Part shown: positions 8,125 through 16,970 of the stretch, in pieces
Layout of the letters: each line of letters starts with the position of its first letter
Numbering within the stretch: the stretch's first letter is position 1
Assembly (NCBI GenBank): GCA_013378385.1
Contig: JACAFS010000009.1
Span: 1-24,224, forward strand
Source of the DNA: Nitrososphaerota archaeon
Lineage (GTDB): Archaea; Thermoproteota; Nitrososphaeria; Nitrososphaerales; UBA57
Reading direction: 5' to 3'
DNA: 24,224 nt
Translations under genes and position numbers: made by a program
Notes under the pieces: model-generated
What the model saw: the letters and a program-made list of their open reading frames with translations, nothing else
Database searches by the model: none
Told to the model about the DNA's origin: nothing

Positions 8125-9252
8125 ATGCATAGCGAATTTATAATTCTTGGCGCAGGAATCTCAGGTATAAGTACTTCATACTTTCTTGAAAAGTCAGGTT
8201 TTAGTTCTATTATCTTTGATATCAGTAATCCATTATCTGGCTCTGGCTCAACAATGAAATCAGCAGGTATTATATCTCATTTCTTCCCATTCAAAGAAGA
8301 AATTAAAGCAGTTTCTAGTAGTCTAAAATTTTATGACGAAATAATTAATGACTCGTCAGAAAATATCTCTTATAACAACTCTGGCCTACTTGCTTTCTGT
8401 AACAATTCTGATAAAGAAACTCTATCTCGATTCTTAGATGCTATGAAATCTTCAAATGCGGATTACTCATTATTTGACTCAAAGGAACTTAGTGATATCT
8501 ATCCAATGCTTTCTATGCCTTCTGATGAAATTGCTGTTGTCTCAAAGAACAGTGGCTATTATGACATTAATCACTTATTTCCTATTATTATCGAACAGTT
8601 AAAATCCAAAAATATTAATTTCTTTAATAATATTGAAATTAAAACTATTGAACGCCAGAACTATTTCACATTTCATACCAATCATGGTATATTCACATCT
8701 GATAAAGTAATAATTACTGGTGGAGCCTGGTCTAATAAAATTGCAAATATGTTTAATTGTACTATTAACTTTGATACATATTCTACTCAGGCAGCTATTC
8801 TCTCAATTCCTCAAGCATCTGATAACAATCTCTCATCATTACCAATTCTATATAAAATGAGTAATGGTGTTTATGGTAGACCTGTTTCTTCTTCGTCATT
8901 CTTATTTGGCGATGGTTCTAAAAAATATTTTGGCGATCCTGATAACTTTAAATTTGAAAACGATAAAAATTTTCTTGAATATATACTCCAACAAGCAAAT
9001 ACATTTTTCCCCCATCAAAAAATAGTCTCTGTTCAAAAAAACTGGTCTGGATTATATACCTCTAGTAAAGATTCAAGACCATTAATTGGTAAATTGGACG
9101 ACGATATATTCTTTCTAGGATGTTTTAACGGACTTGGAATAATGCTTGCTCCAGGTTGCTCCAAATTATTAGTAGATTCTATTACCAAAAACATAATCAA
9201 TGATGATTTTTCTTCTTTCAATATTCAACGTTTTAACAATAATAATATATGA
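8125..9252 (+). CDS. FAD-dependent oxidoreductase (DAO / glycine-sarcosine oxidase-like family)
   Basis: An N-terminal Rossmann dinucleotide motif (IILGAGISGISTSYFLEKSG) and a C-terminal GCFNGLGIMLAPGCSKLL motif are typical of the DAO family. The substrate cannot be inferred. Confidence 0.7.
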   Translation: MHSEFIILGAGISGISTSYFLEKSGFSSIIFDISNPLSGSGSTMKSAGIISHFFPFKEEIKAVSSSLKFYDEIINDSSENISYNNSGLLAFCNNSDKETLSRFLDAMKSSNADYSLFDSKELSDIYPMLSMPSDEIAVVSKNSGYYDINHLFPIIIEQLKSKNINFFNNIEIKTIERQNYFTFHTNHGIFTSDKVIITGGAWSNKIANMFNCTINFDTYSTQAAILSIPQASDNNLSSLPILYKMSNGVYGRPVSSSSFLFGDGSKKYFGDPDNFKFENDKNFLEYILQQANTFFPHQKIVSVQKNWSGLYTSSKDSRPLIGKLDDDIFFLGCFNGLGIMLAPGCSKLLVDSITKNIINDDFSSFNIQRFNNNNI

Positions 9253-9273
9253 GCAATTGTATACAATATTATT

Positions 9274-9729
9274 ATGACAAAAATTGTTCAAGATCTTTAT
9301 GTTACTGAATTAACAATCTCAAATATTTCCAATGCTCCATTCATCATAGATGCAGTGGGTAGTTATCCGAATAAATTAATTGTAAATGACGAAATTCTCC
9401 AATCCTGGGGTATTGAACCTGACCGTACGCTTATAGGAAAAAACCTAATTATCACTCTTGAGCCATTAGAAAAGTCGGACGACAATATCAATTCTCTACA
9501 AATCAATCATCTTGAAAAAGTAACTAGAAGACGTTATAGATATCTATCTGAACCATCATTTCTTGAAGAACTCGAATTCATTCTATCTTGTAATTCACCT
9601 AGGAAGAAATCTGAGCCCAATCCGTGCCCAAACTATCAAATTAAATTATCAATCAAAGAATCTGACTATCTCGAATTATATGAATTGTCTGCAGCTACTT
9701 TACTAAAAATCAGTTGCCAAATTAAGTAA
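9274..9729 (+). CDS. Hypothetical protein (151 aa)
   Basis: Open frame 21 nt downstream of the oxidoreductase on the same strand. The amino-acid composition looks protein-like. I recognise no motif. Confidence 0.45.
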   Translation: MTKIVQDLYVTELTISNISNAPFIIDAVGSYPNKLIVNDEILQSWGIEPDRTLIGKNLIITLEPLEKSDDNINSLQINHLEKVTRRRYRYLSEPSFLEELEFILSCNSPRKKSEPNPCPNYQIKLSIKESDYLELYELSAATLLKISCQIK

Positions 9730-10474
9730 TATATCTACTTACTTTCTTTTCAGAATCTTCAATAATCTTAGATTCCAAGCTCGTTTGTAGTTTTTTCAAT
9801 CGTTTCTCTTCACTTGACAAAGCACGTAAATTAGGTTTAATTCCTGTTATTACTGTCAAAACTTTAATCAATTCTTTTGCAGCACTAATATCTGGAAACT
9901 CTCCTTTTGTTTCACCATATATTCCAAAACCCTTCATCTTACTATCTTTCGCCAAAGATACTAAAATTCCATTCATACCTATTATATTACTTTCTTTCAT
10001 ATTTTCTATTCCCAACTCTTCCAAATCCTTCAATAATGATTCCGAAATAGATGCACCATAAATTTTCGGAGGTATAGATAAATCGTTTGTAATTAAACCA
10101 CCTACAGCATATACTGTTTTACAACCTAAGCCTTTTACGAACTTTAATACATCTCTTGAAACATTATATTGACCTTCCGGTGTTTCAGATTGAGCATCTC
10201 CCGTAAAAATTAACAAATCATTTTTACCTTTCTTATAATAGAATTCAAATTTCAATGGCTCAATAGTTCCATCTTCATTTACAATTGTTTGTGCAGGTAA
10301 ATGAGAAGAATACATGTCTGCAAATTTTTCTGCTTTTATTCCTTTTGCAAAATGGTAACTCGCAATTTTACCCACAAATCCCGAATCAGGTAATCCACAA
10401 ATCAATATTGGATTCTTTAGTTTTACCTTCGTTTTTTTTACTATCTCGACATCTTTCATATCATAGTCTATCAT
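9722..10474 (-). CDS. PAC2-family proteasome assembly chaperone-like protein
   Basis: The N-terminal pattern NPILICGLPDSGFVGKIASYHF and the overall size of about 250 aa match archaeal PAC2/PbaA-PbaB-type proteins. The C-terminal tail looks coiled-coil-like. Confidence 0.65.
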   Translation of the reverse strand: MIDYDMKDVEIVKKTKVKLKNPILICGLPDSGFVGKIASYHFAKGIKAEKFADMYSSHLPAQTIVNEDGTIEPLKFEFYYKKGKNDLLIFTGDAQSETPEGQYNVSRDVLKFVKGLGCKTVYAVGGLITNDLSIPPKIYGASISESLLKDLEELGIENMKESNIIGMNGILVSLAKDSKMKGFGIYGETKGEFPDISAAKELIKVLTVITGIKPNLRALSSEEKRLKKLQTSLESKIIEDSEKKVSRYIT

Positions 10475-10554
10475 AAAGAAACAAAAAAACTTGTCTCATC
10501 TCATCCTAAAATTACCCATATTTACTTATCTATAACTATATTCAAATAGAAGTA

Positions 10555-11778
10555 ATGGTAGATTCTACTATTGATTTATCAATAAAAGACGTAAAAAAAG
10601 CACAGGCCGCGCTCTCTACTGTTATTAAGGAAACTCCATTGGATTATTCTAACACGCTATCACAACTCACTGATTCTCAAGTATATCTTAAACTCGAAAA
10701 CCTTCAAAAGACCGGTTCCTTCAAAGTTCGAGGAGCATATTGGAAAATGCTTAATGTTGATAGATCTGTTGCCAAAAGTGTTGTAGCTGCTTCTGCAGGT
10801 AACCACGCACAAGGAACTGCATATGCTGCGTCTCATCTTAATATTCCTTGTACTATTGTTATGCCTGAGAATGCATCTACTACTAAAGTTGCAGCTACAT
10901 CTGGTTATGGCGCTTCAATTCTTTTATCAGGTTCCAATTATGACGAATCTTATTCTGCAGCGGAAGACTTTGCAAAGAAACATTCTGCTACTATGATTCA
11001 TCCTTTTGACGATCCTTTTGTCATCGCTGGTCAAGGAACAGTTGGCTTAGAAATTGTCGAGTCTTTCAAAGACGTTGACATAATAATTGCTGCCGTAGGA
11101 GGTGGAGGTTTAATTAGCGGTTTATGTATTGCATTAAAAGAGAAATACCCTCAAATAAAAATTATTGGTGTTCAAGCTTCCAATTCAGCTTCTATGGTAG
11201 AATCAAAGAAAAATCGTAAACTTACTACTATTCAATCTCGTTTTACTATTGCTGATGGAATTGATGTAAAAACTCCAGGTAAACTCACTTTTGATATTGT
11301 CAAAAAGCATGTTGATAAATTGATTACTGTAAGTGATGTTGAAATTGCTGAAGCTATGTTTCTCTTACTGGAACGTGGTCGAATAGTCTCTGAGCCAGCT
11401 GGAGCTGCGCCTGTAGCAGGTTTATTATCAGGTCAATTATCTGTAAAAGGAAAAAACGTTGTTCCTATTATCTGTGGAGGTAATGTGGATATGCCTCTAA
11501 TGAATAAGCTTGTTACCCGTGGTTTAATCAGCGCTGGTAGAATCGTTCGTATGGTAATAGGTTTGACTGATAAGCCTGGAGCACTTAAAGATGTCCTTGA
11601 TGTTATTGGATCCAGAAATGCAAATATTCTAGACGTTCAAGTAGATAGATTTTATAAAAAAATTGGTTTAGGCCCTGTTGAAGTTCTCATTAGCATGGAA
11701 ACAAAAAGTAAAGAACATACAAAAGAAATGCTCAAGACTCTTAAACAACAAGGATTTACATACAGATTAATAGAATAG
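10555..11778 (+). CDS. ilvA: Threonine ammonia-lyase (threonine dehydratase), PLP-dependent, with C-terminal ACT-like domain
   Basis: PLP-lysine motif GSFKVRGA, GNHAQG, and a glycine-rich loop AVGGGGLISG. A C-terminal regulatory-like domain of about 80 aa is present (RMVIGLTDKPGALKDVLDVIG...). Confidence 0.85.
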   Translation: MVDSTIDLSIKDVKKAQAALSTVIKETPLDYSNTLSQLTDSQVYLKLENLQKTGSFKVRGAYWKMLNVDRSVAKSVVAASAGNHAQGTAYAASHLNIPCTIVMPENASTTKVAATSGYGASILLSGSNYDESYSAAEDFAKKHSATMIHPFDDPFVIAGQGTVGLEIVESFKDVDIIIAAVGGGGLISGLCIALKEKYPQIKIIGVQASNSASMVESKKNRKLTTIQSRFTIADGIDVKTPGKLTFDIVKKHVDKLITVSDVEIAEAMFLLLERGRIVSEPAGAAPVAGLLSGQLSVKGKNVVPIICGGNVDMPLMNKLVTRGLISAGRIVRMVIGLTDKPGALKDVLDVIGSRNANILDVQVDRFYKKIGLGPVEVLISMETKSKEHTKEMLKTLKQQGFTYRLIE

Positions 11779-11779
11779 T

Positions 11780-12895
11780 CTATACTTCAATTAATTCTCG
11801 TGAAACTTTTGTTAATATTTCAGGTCCATTCTTTCTTACAATAACATCATCTTCTATTCTTACACCACCAATTTTCGGTAAATATATTCCAGGTTCTATT
11901 GTAAATGCCATTCCTTCTTCTAGAATCACTGGTGATTTTCTACTTATCGATGCACCATCATGAACATTCAGTCCAATACTGTGACCTGTTGAATGAATAA
12001 ATCTTCCATTATATTTTGTAGAGTTGATGTAATCTTCTACTGCATTATGAACATCACTTGCCTTAACGCCCGATTTAACTTTCTTTAATCCTATTTCACT
12101 TGCTTTCAGTACTGTTTCATACATGTCTTTAATTCTATTATCTATCCTACCAAAAAACACAGTTCTTGTTATATCAGAACAGTACCTGTTATAACGTGCA
12201 CCATAATCACAAAGCACTAGTTTATTCTTCTTTAATTTAAAATTACGTGGCGCATAATGCGGTTCTGCTGTATGTTTGCCAAATGCTACAATGGTCTGAA
12301 ATGACGGACCCGTTGCACCTTGTTTCTCCAAATCATGATTTATTATTGAAGACAACTGATTTTCAGTTATATTCTCTTTCAACGAACCCACAATTGTTTG
12401 AAATGTATTACTCGCAATTTTTGCACTTTTTCTTAATTCTCTTATTTCTATCTCATCTTTTATACATCGAGCCTCTACGATTGGTTTACTCACATTCACT
12501 ACTTGCTTTATATTTTTCAAAAGCATTCGTATCCAAAGATAATTTGCATAAGAAAGCTCATTATAATTCATTCCTAAAGATTTTACTTTTGATAATTTCT
12601 TCTTTAAAAGTTCCTTATATTCAAGTTCAGTTTCAAACGTATTAATTTCAATATGTGGTGTATTTAATGCACTTTGTTCCTCTAATTTAGAAGTTAATAG
12701 ACATATTTTTCCTGTTGGATATGCAATTATTGAACATCCTTCAAATAATCCTGATCTAACTCCTGTTAAATAAAAAAATGTTGAATCGAGTTGACCTTCT
12801 ATACCATTTTTAATTAATATTGCGTCAGGTTCTACTTTCATTGATTTTGTAAATGAAAAAATCTTTTTCACTCGTGCTTTAATAATATTATTCAT
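11780..12895 (-). CDS. M24B metallopeptidase (Xaa-Pro aminopeptidase/dipeptidase)
   Basis: Metal-ligand motifs CDYGARYNRYCSDITRT, HSTGHSIGLNVHDG and IEPGIYLPKIGGVRIEDDV are present. There is an N-terminal creatinase-like domain. Confidence 0.85.
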   Translation of the reverse strand: MNNIIKARVKKIFSFTKSMKVEPDAILIKNGIEGQLDSTFFYLTGVRSGLFEGCSIIAYPTGKICLLTSKLEEQSALNTPHIEINTFETELEYKELLKKKLSKVKSLGMNYNELSYANYLWIRMLLKNIKQVVNVSKPIVEARCIKDEIEIRELRKSAKIASNTFQTIVGSLKENITENQLSSIINHDLEKQGATGPSFQTIVAFGKHTAEPHYAPRNFKLKKNKLVLCDYGARYNRYCSDITRTVFFGRIDNRIKDMYETVLKASEIGLKKVKSGVKASDVHNAVEDYINSTKYNGRFIHSTGHSIGLNVHDGASISRKSPVILEEGMAFTIEPGIYLPKIGGVRIEDDVIVRKNGPEILTKVSRELIEV

Positions 12896-12904
12896 ATTGA
12901 TCGA

Positions 12905-14056
12905 CTAAGCTCTAAATAACAAGCTTTCCTTATGGAAAATCCAGCTTGCTATGGATATTAATATTATAGAAATAACTAAAGTGGAAGTCACAGTTAATAC
13001 TAGATGCAGTATGTTTAAATTATTTACCAGTACTTCTTGAATAACTAAAGTTACATTTAGTATTGGAACCAAAAATGGAATTAATCCTACGTCTTCTATC
13101 GATAATCCGTAAGAACCAAAGGAGAGAATTACAATAAGGAAAAGCATTGGCGTTAAGTAATTATTCGCTTCTTTGAAACTCTTTGCAAAACTTGCTAAAG
13201 CCATCCCTAATGAAGCGATCATAATTGCCATCAGTGATAGAATCACAAAGACAATGATTGAAGTCTGTAATGTCAGAAATATCGGCATCTGCTGGACTGC
13301 TAATGTTGATAAATAGCCTACCGAACCTGATAGACTTAACATAATGAATCCTATTGAAACCAAAGTAGTAGAAAATACCGCCAAAAACTTCCCTGTAATT
13401 AAATCACGTCTATTGGTAGATGTCACTAGAAGAGCTTCTAATGTATGCCTCTCTTTTTCACCTACTGTTAGATCTATTGATGCATTCATTCCGCCTGTAG
13501 CCACAATTATTGCTAATAACGGAGGTAAAATTAACGAAAGTAAATATCCTGATACCTCGTCTTCTGTAGCTACGTCCGAAGCATAAACTTGTATTGGACT
13601 TAATATTTGTGGATCAATTTCTCTATTAGCTAGCCTTTCATCTACTGTATTTTTGCTATACATACTGAGGAATTGCATAATCTTTGAATATGCTACGTTG
13701 GACGTTCTACTCGATGCATCATAATATATTGTTATATTTACATTTTGTTCATTTAATATCCTATTATCAAAATCTTTGGGTATTTCTATTCCAGCTGCAA
13801 TTGTTCCATTTCTAATTGCTTCATCAATTGGTTTATCTATGGCAACTACTCTCAACGATCTACTTCCATCAATTAACTTGGTAAATTCTTCCGACGATTC
13901 ATAATTAATTATTGCAATATACTGTGTCTGTTCTACTATTTGTTGTTCTGTACTAGAAAATAATAATGGTATCCCAAAAGTCATTAATGGAATCAGTAAG
14001 ATAGGAATAATAACTGTTGCAAATAATGTTCGTCTATCTCTCAGTATATCCTGCAT
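12905..14056 (-). CDS. ABC-2 family exporter permease (NatB-like)
   Basis: 383 aa. An N-terminal MQDILRDRRTLFATVIIPILLIPL is followed by a large extracytoplasmic loop and then 5 C-terminal hydrophobic spans, which is the NatB-type architecture. It lies downstream of a NatA-like ATPase. Confidence 0.7.
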   Translation of the reverse strand: MQDILRDRRTLFATVIIPILLIPLMTFGIPLLFSSTEQQIVEQTQYIAIINYESSEEFTKLIDGSRSLRVVAIDKPIDEAIRNGTIAAGIEIPKDFDNRILNEQNVNITIYYDASSRTSNVAYSKIMQFLSMYSKNTVDERLANREIDPQILSPIQVYASDVATEDEVSGYLLSLILPPLLAIIVATGGMNASIDLTVGEKERHTLEALLVTSTNRRDLITGKFLAVFSTTLVSIGFIMLSLSGSVGYLSTLAVQQMPIFLTLQTSIIVFVILSLMAIMIASLGMALASFAKSFKEANNYLTPMLFLIVILSFGSYGLSIEDVGLIPFLVPILNVTLVIQEVLVNNLNILHLVLTVTSTLVISIILISIASWIFHKESLLFRA

Positions 14057-14091
14057 TTCTTTTTTATATACTGCTCTAATATGTTTTATAG

Positions 14092-14811
14092 CTAAGATCT
14101 CTCACCTTTTACTGCTGCAATGAATGCTTTTTCAAGTGAACCATGTTCTTTTTGAATATGTTCTATTGAATCAGTCATCAATATCTTTCCATCGTGTATG
14201 ACTGCTATCTTATCGCAAATTTCCTCAGTCTCATACATTGAATGCGATGAGTATAATATGGTTCTTCCATCATCTTTACATTGTTTAACAAAATCAAGTA
14301 CTGCACGTGATGATATTACATCTAAACCAGATGTTGGCTCATCAAAAATAAAAACTGGCGGTTCATGAATTATTGCTCTTGCAATTGCAACTTTCTGCTT
14401 GTTGCCTCTAGATAATTTTCCACATCGTTTATTTGCATATTCTACAAGCGATAACTTCTCCAGCACTTCATCAATCTTATCATTAATTCTATTCTCGTCT
14501 ATATCATTTAATATTCCAAAATATTTTATTACTTCTCTGGCAGTTAATCTGTCATACAGTCCTACTTCCGTGGGCAAGAATCCAATATTTCTACGAACTT
14601 CTGACGAATCACTTTTTGAATTAAAGCCATTAACAGTTATGTTGCCTTCCGATGGTTGAAATACTGTAGAAACCATTCTCTGTGTGGTAGTCTTTCCGGC
14701 TCCATTGAGTCCTAATAGCCCAAAAATCTCGCCTTTTTCTACCTCAATATTAATATTATCTACTGCCTTGAATTTTCCAAACCGTTTGGAAACATTTTGT
14801 ATCGATATCAA
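14092..14811 (-). CDS. ABC transporter ATP-binding protein (NatA-like)
   Basis: Walker A GLNGAGKTT, signature LSRGNKQKV, Walker B VFIFDEPTSGLD, and H-loop YSSHSM. The start is TTG (complement 14809-14811), immediately preceded in frame by TAA, so no upstream ATG is available. Confidence 0.9.
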   Translation of the reverse strand: MISIQNVSKRFGKFKAVDNINIEVEKGEIFGLLGLNGAGKTTTQRMVSTVFQPSEGNITVNGFNSKSDSSEVRRNIGFLPTEVGLYDRLTAREVIKYFGILNDIDENRINDKIDEVLEKLSLVEYANKRCGKLSRGNKQKVAIARAIIHEPPVFIFDEPTSGLDVISSRAVLDFVKQCKDDGRTILYSSHSMYETEEICDKIAVIHDGKILMTDSIEHIQKEHGSLEKAFIAAVKGERS

Positions 14812-14850
14812 TTATCATTAAATAAGTATAGTTCTATAAAATAATTGGCA

Positions 14851-15945
14851 ATGATTGACAGAAGTATTCTTCAAAACACTGTAAAAAGCTACGACCTAGA
14901 TAATATATCGATTACTGCACTTGGCAGTCATTCTGCTCTTGATATTATGGACGGAGCTACTTCTGAAAACCTGAATTCTATTGTAATCTGTCAAAAAGGC
15001 CGCGAAATGACATACAAACATTTTAAAAGAATTATTAAAGATGTTGTAACTCTACCTAAATTCTCTGATTTACTAAACGACGACATTCAAAAATCACTTA
15101 TTTCTAAGAACTCAATTTTAATTCCTCACCGTTCTTTTACTGCATATATTGACTATGATTCTATTGAAAACGACTTGAAAATCCCTATATTTGGTAATAG
15201 AGAAATGCTACGCACTGAAGAAAGAAACGTTGAAAAAAATCAATACTACCTTCTTGAAAAAGCTAATGTAAGATATCCTAAATTATTCAAAAAACCTGAA
15301 GATATTGATCGTCTAGTAATTGTGAAAGTCATGGAATCTACTCGAAAAATTGAACGTGCATTTTTCACTGCGTCAAGTTATCAAGAATTTACAGAAAAAG
15401 CAGAAAAACGTATAAAACAAGGTATTATAAATGCAGAAGATCTTGCTGATGCACGTATTGAAGAATTTGTATTAGGTACGTATTTTAATTTTAATTTCTT
15501 TTACTCGATACTTCACGATCGAGTAGAATTTCTTGGTATTGATCGACGTTTACAAACTAACCTTAATGACTTCACTTCATTACCTGCTAAACAACAACTT
15601 GAAATCGATGTTGAATTACAGAATATTGAAGTTGGACATATGCCTGCTACAATTCGTGAATCATTTCTTGAAAAAGTTTTTGAAATGGGAAATAAGTTTG
15701 TTAACTCCACTAAAAAAGAATTCCATCCCGGTTTGATTGGCCCATTTGCATTACAAACTGCTATTACAAAAGATTTCGAGCTAGTTGTATTCGATGTTTC
15801 TCCACGCGTTCCAGGAAGTCCGGTTTTAATGATGAGTCCTTATACACATTATTATCATGGTGAATCCTTTGGTGCTGGTAAAAGAATTGCTATGGAAATA
15901 TCTGAAGCTATAAAAGAAGAGAGATTGGATGAGGTAGTGACTTGA
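14851..15945 (+). CDS. PurP-like ATP-grasp protein, divergent paralog of FAICAR synthetase
   Basis: It matches the PurP family throughout (ITALGSHSALDIMDGA, IPIFGNREMLRTEE, IEEFVLGTYFNFNFFYS, MPATIRESFL, PGLIGPFALQ). The ORF track starts at TTG 14845; the ATG at 14851 is two codons downstream and I prefer it. At the position of the Gly-rich loop it has ESTRKIERAFF. Confidence 0.75.
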   Translation: MIDRSILQNTVKSYDLDNISITALGSHSALDIMDGATSENLNSIVICQKGREMTYKHFKRIIKDVVTLPKFSDLLNDDIQKSLISKNSILIPHRSFTAYIDYDSIENDLKIPIFGNREMLRTEERNVEKNQYYLLEKANVRYPKLFKKPEDIDRLVIVKVMESTRKIERAFFTASSYQEFTEKAEKRIKQGIINAEDLADARIEEFVLGTYFNFNFFYSILHDRVEFLGIDRRLQTNLNDFTSLPAKQQLEIDVELQNIEVGHMPATIRESFLEKVFEMGNKFVNSTKKEFHPGLIGPFALQTAITKDFELVVFDVSPRVPGSPVLMMSPYTHYYHGESFGAGKRIAMEISEAIKEERLDEVVT

Positions 15946-16970
15946 CAAGTATTGCTACTTTGGGCTCTCATTGTTCCTTGCAAGTTCTAAAAGGAGCTAA
16001 GGAAGAGGGATTTCATACTGTTTTAGTTACGAAATCTACTCGTGAAAAATTCTATAAACGCTATAATAATTTTATTGATGAATATATTGTTGTTGATGAT
16101 TTTACCGAAATCATGAACGACGACATTAGGGATAAACTAAATGCATCTGATTCAGTATTAATTCCTCATGGTACTTTGATCTCTGAGGTGGGGATTGAAA
16201 AAATTGAAAAACTTGAAATTCCGATTTTTGGTAACCGACATATCTTACGTTGGGAAGCAGATCGCGATCTTAAAACTCAATTAATGGAAAAATCAGGTGT
16301 TTCTATTCCAAAAACCTTCAATTCACCTGAAGAAATTGACTGTCTTACAATTTCTAAATTATCCGGAGCTCGTGGAGGTTCTGGTTATTTTCTTGCTAAA
16401 AATTCAAAAGATTACTATTCCCACGTAGAAAAATTCAAAAAACAAGGTTTAATGACAGACGATGACGAACTTCAAATCCAAGAATATATTGTCGGTGTTC
16501 CAGTCTATCTTCAATATTTTCAGTCTACAATGAAAGACGAGTTAGAACTATTTGGAATTGACAAACGTTATGAAACAAATGTTGATAGTTTAGGACGAAT
16601 TCCTAGCATTGATCAAACTGAACTCAAATTATCGCCTACATACATTGTAGTAGGTAATATTCCTCTGGTACTTAGAGAATCTCTACTTGTTGAAGTTTAT
16701 GATATAGGTGATAACTTTGTAACTGCAAGCAAAGAACTAGTGCCTCCTGGAATGCCTGGTCCATTTTGTATGGAAGGTGTATATGATTCCAACGGCAAAT
16801 TTGTTGCCTTTGAGTTTTCTGCTCGTATTGTAGCTGGAACAAATATCTTTACAACCGGTTCTCCTTATTCCTACCTTAACTATGGTCCAAATATGAATAT
16901 GGGAAGAAGAATAGCTTTGGAAATAAAAGACGCTATCAAAGCAAACAGATTAGATGACCTAATTACCTGA
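15942..16970 (+). CDS. purP: 5-formaminoimidazole-4-carboxamide ribonucleotide (FAICAR) synthetase PurP
   Basis: Canonical PurP motifs: IATLGSHCSLQVLKGAKEEGF, IPIFGNRHILRWEADR, SGARGGSGYF, IQEYIVG, GNIPLVLRESLL, PGMPGPFCMEG and FEFSARIVAGTN. The start is TTG at 15942, overlapping the upstream stop (cTTGA). It is the only start available after the in-frame TGA at 15930. Confidence 0.85.
   Translation: MTSIATLGSHCSLQVLKGAKEEGFHTVLVTKSTREKFYKRYNNFIDEYIVVDDFTEIMNDDIRDKLNASDSVLIPHGTLISEVGIEKIEKLEIPIFGNRHILRWEADRDLKTQLMEKSGVSIPKTFNSPEEIDCLTISKLSGARGGSGYFLAKNSKDYYSHVEKFKKQGLMTDDDELQIQEYIVGVPVYLQYFQSTMKDELELFGIDKRYETNVDSLGRIPSIDQTELKLSPTYIVVGNIPLVLRESLLVEVYDIGDNFVTASKELVPPGMPGPFCMEGVYDSNGKFVAFEFSARIVAGTNIFTTGSPYSYLNYGPNMNMGRRIALEIKDAIKANRLDDLIT

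Noticed and set aside
9256-9267. Perfect 12-bp palindrome ATTGTATACAAT in the 21-nt spacer between the oxidoreductase and the 151-aa ORF
   Set aside because: With this base composition I estimate that several 6+6 palindromes are expected by chance in 24 kb. There is no second copy and no flanking structure to support an operator or terminator call.
9722-9740. C-terminus of the PAC2-like protein (…SRYIT) as a proteasome-activating HbYX motif
   Set aside because: HbYX requires Tyr at the penultimate position. Here Tyr is third from the end, so the motif is not satisfied.
12247-12645. 132-aa + strand ORF antisense to the M24 peptidase. Similar cases: 22139-22519 (126 aa, antisense to R15P isomerase), 4069-4419 (116 aa), 6298-6636 (112 aa), 111-323 (70 aa, antisense to sufD), and the other 60-90-aa track ORFs nested in larger genes
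   Set aside because: All are contained within well-supported genes on the opposite strand or in another frame. Their translations are Leu/Ser/Phe/Ile-rich or otherwise low-complexity (the 126-aa one, antisense to the more GC-rich R15P isomerase gene, is Ala/Ser/Thr-rich), and none has recognisable domains.
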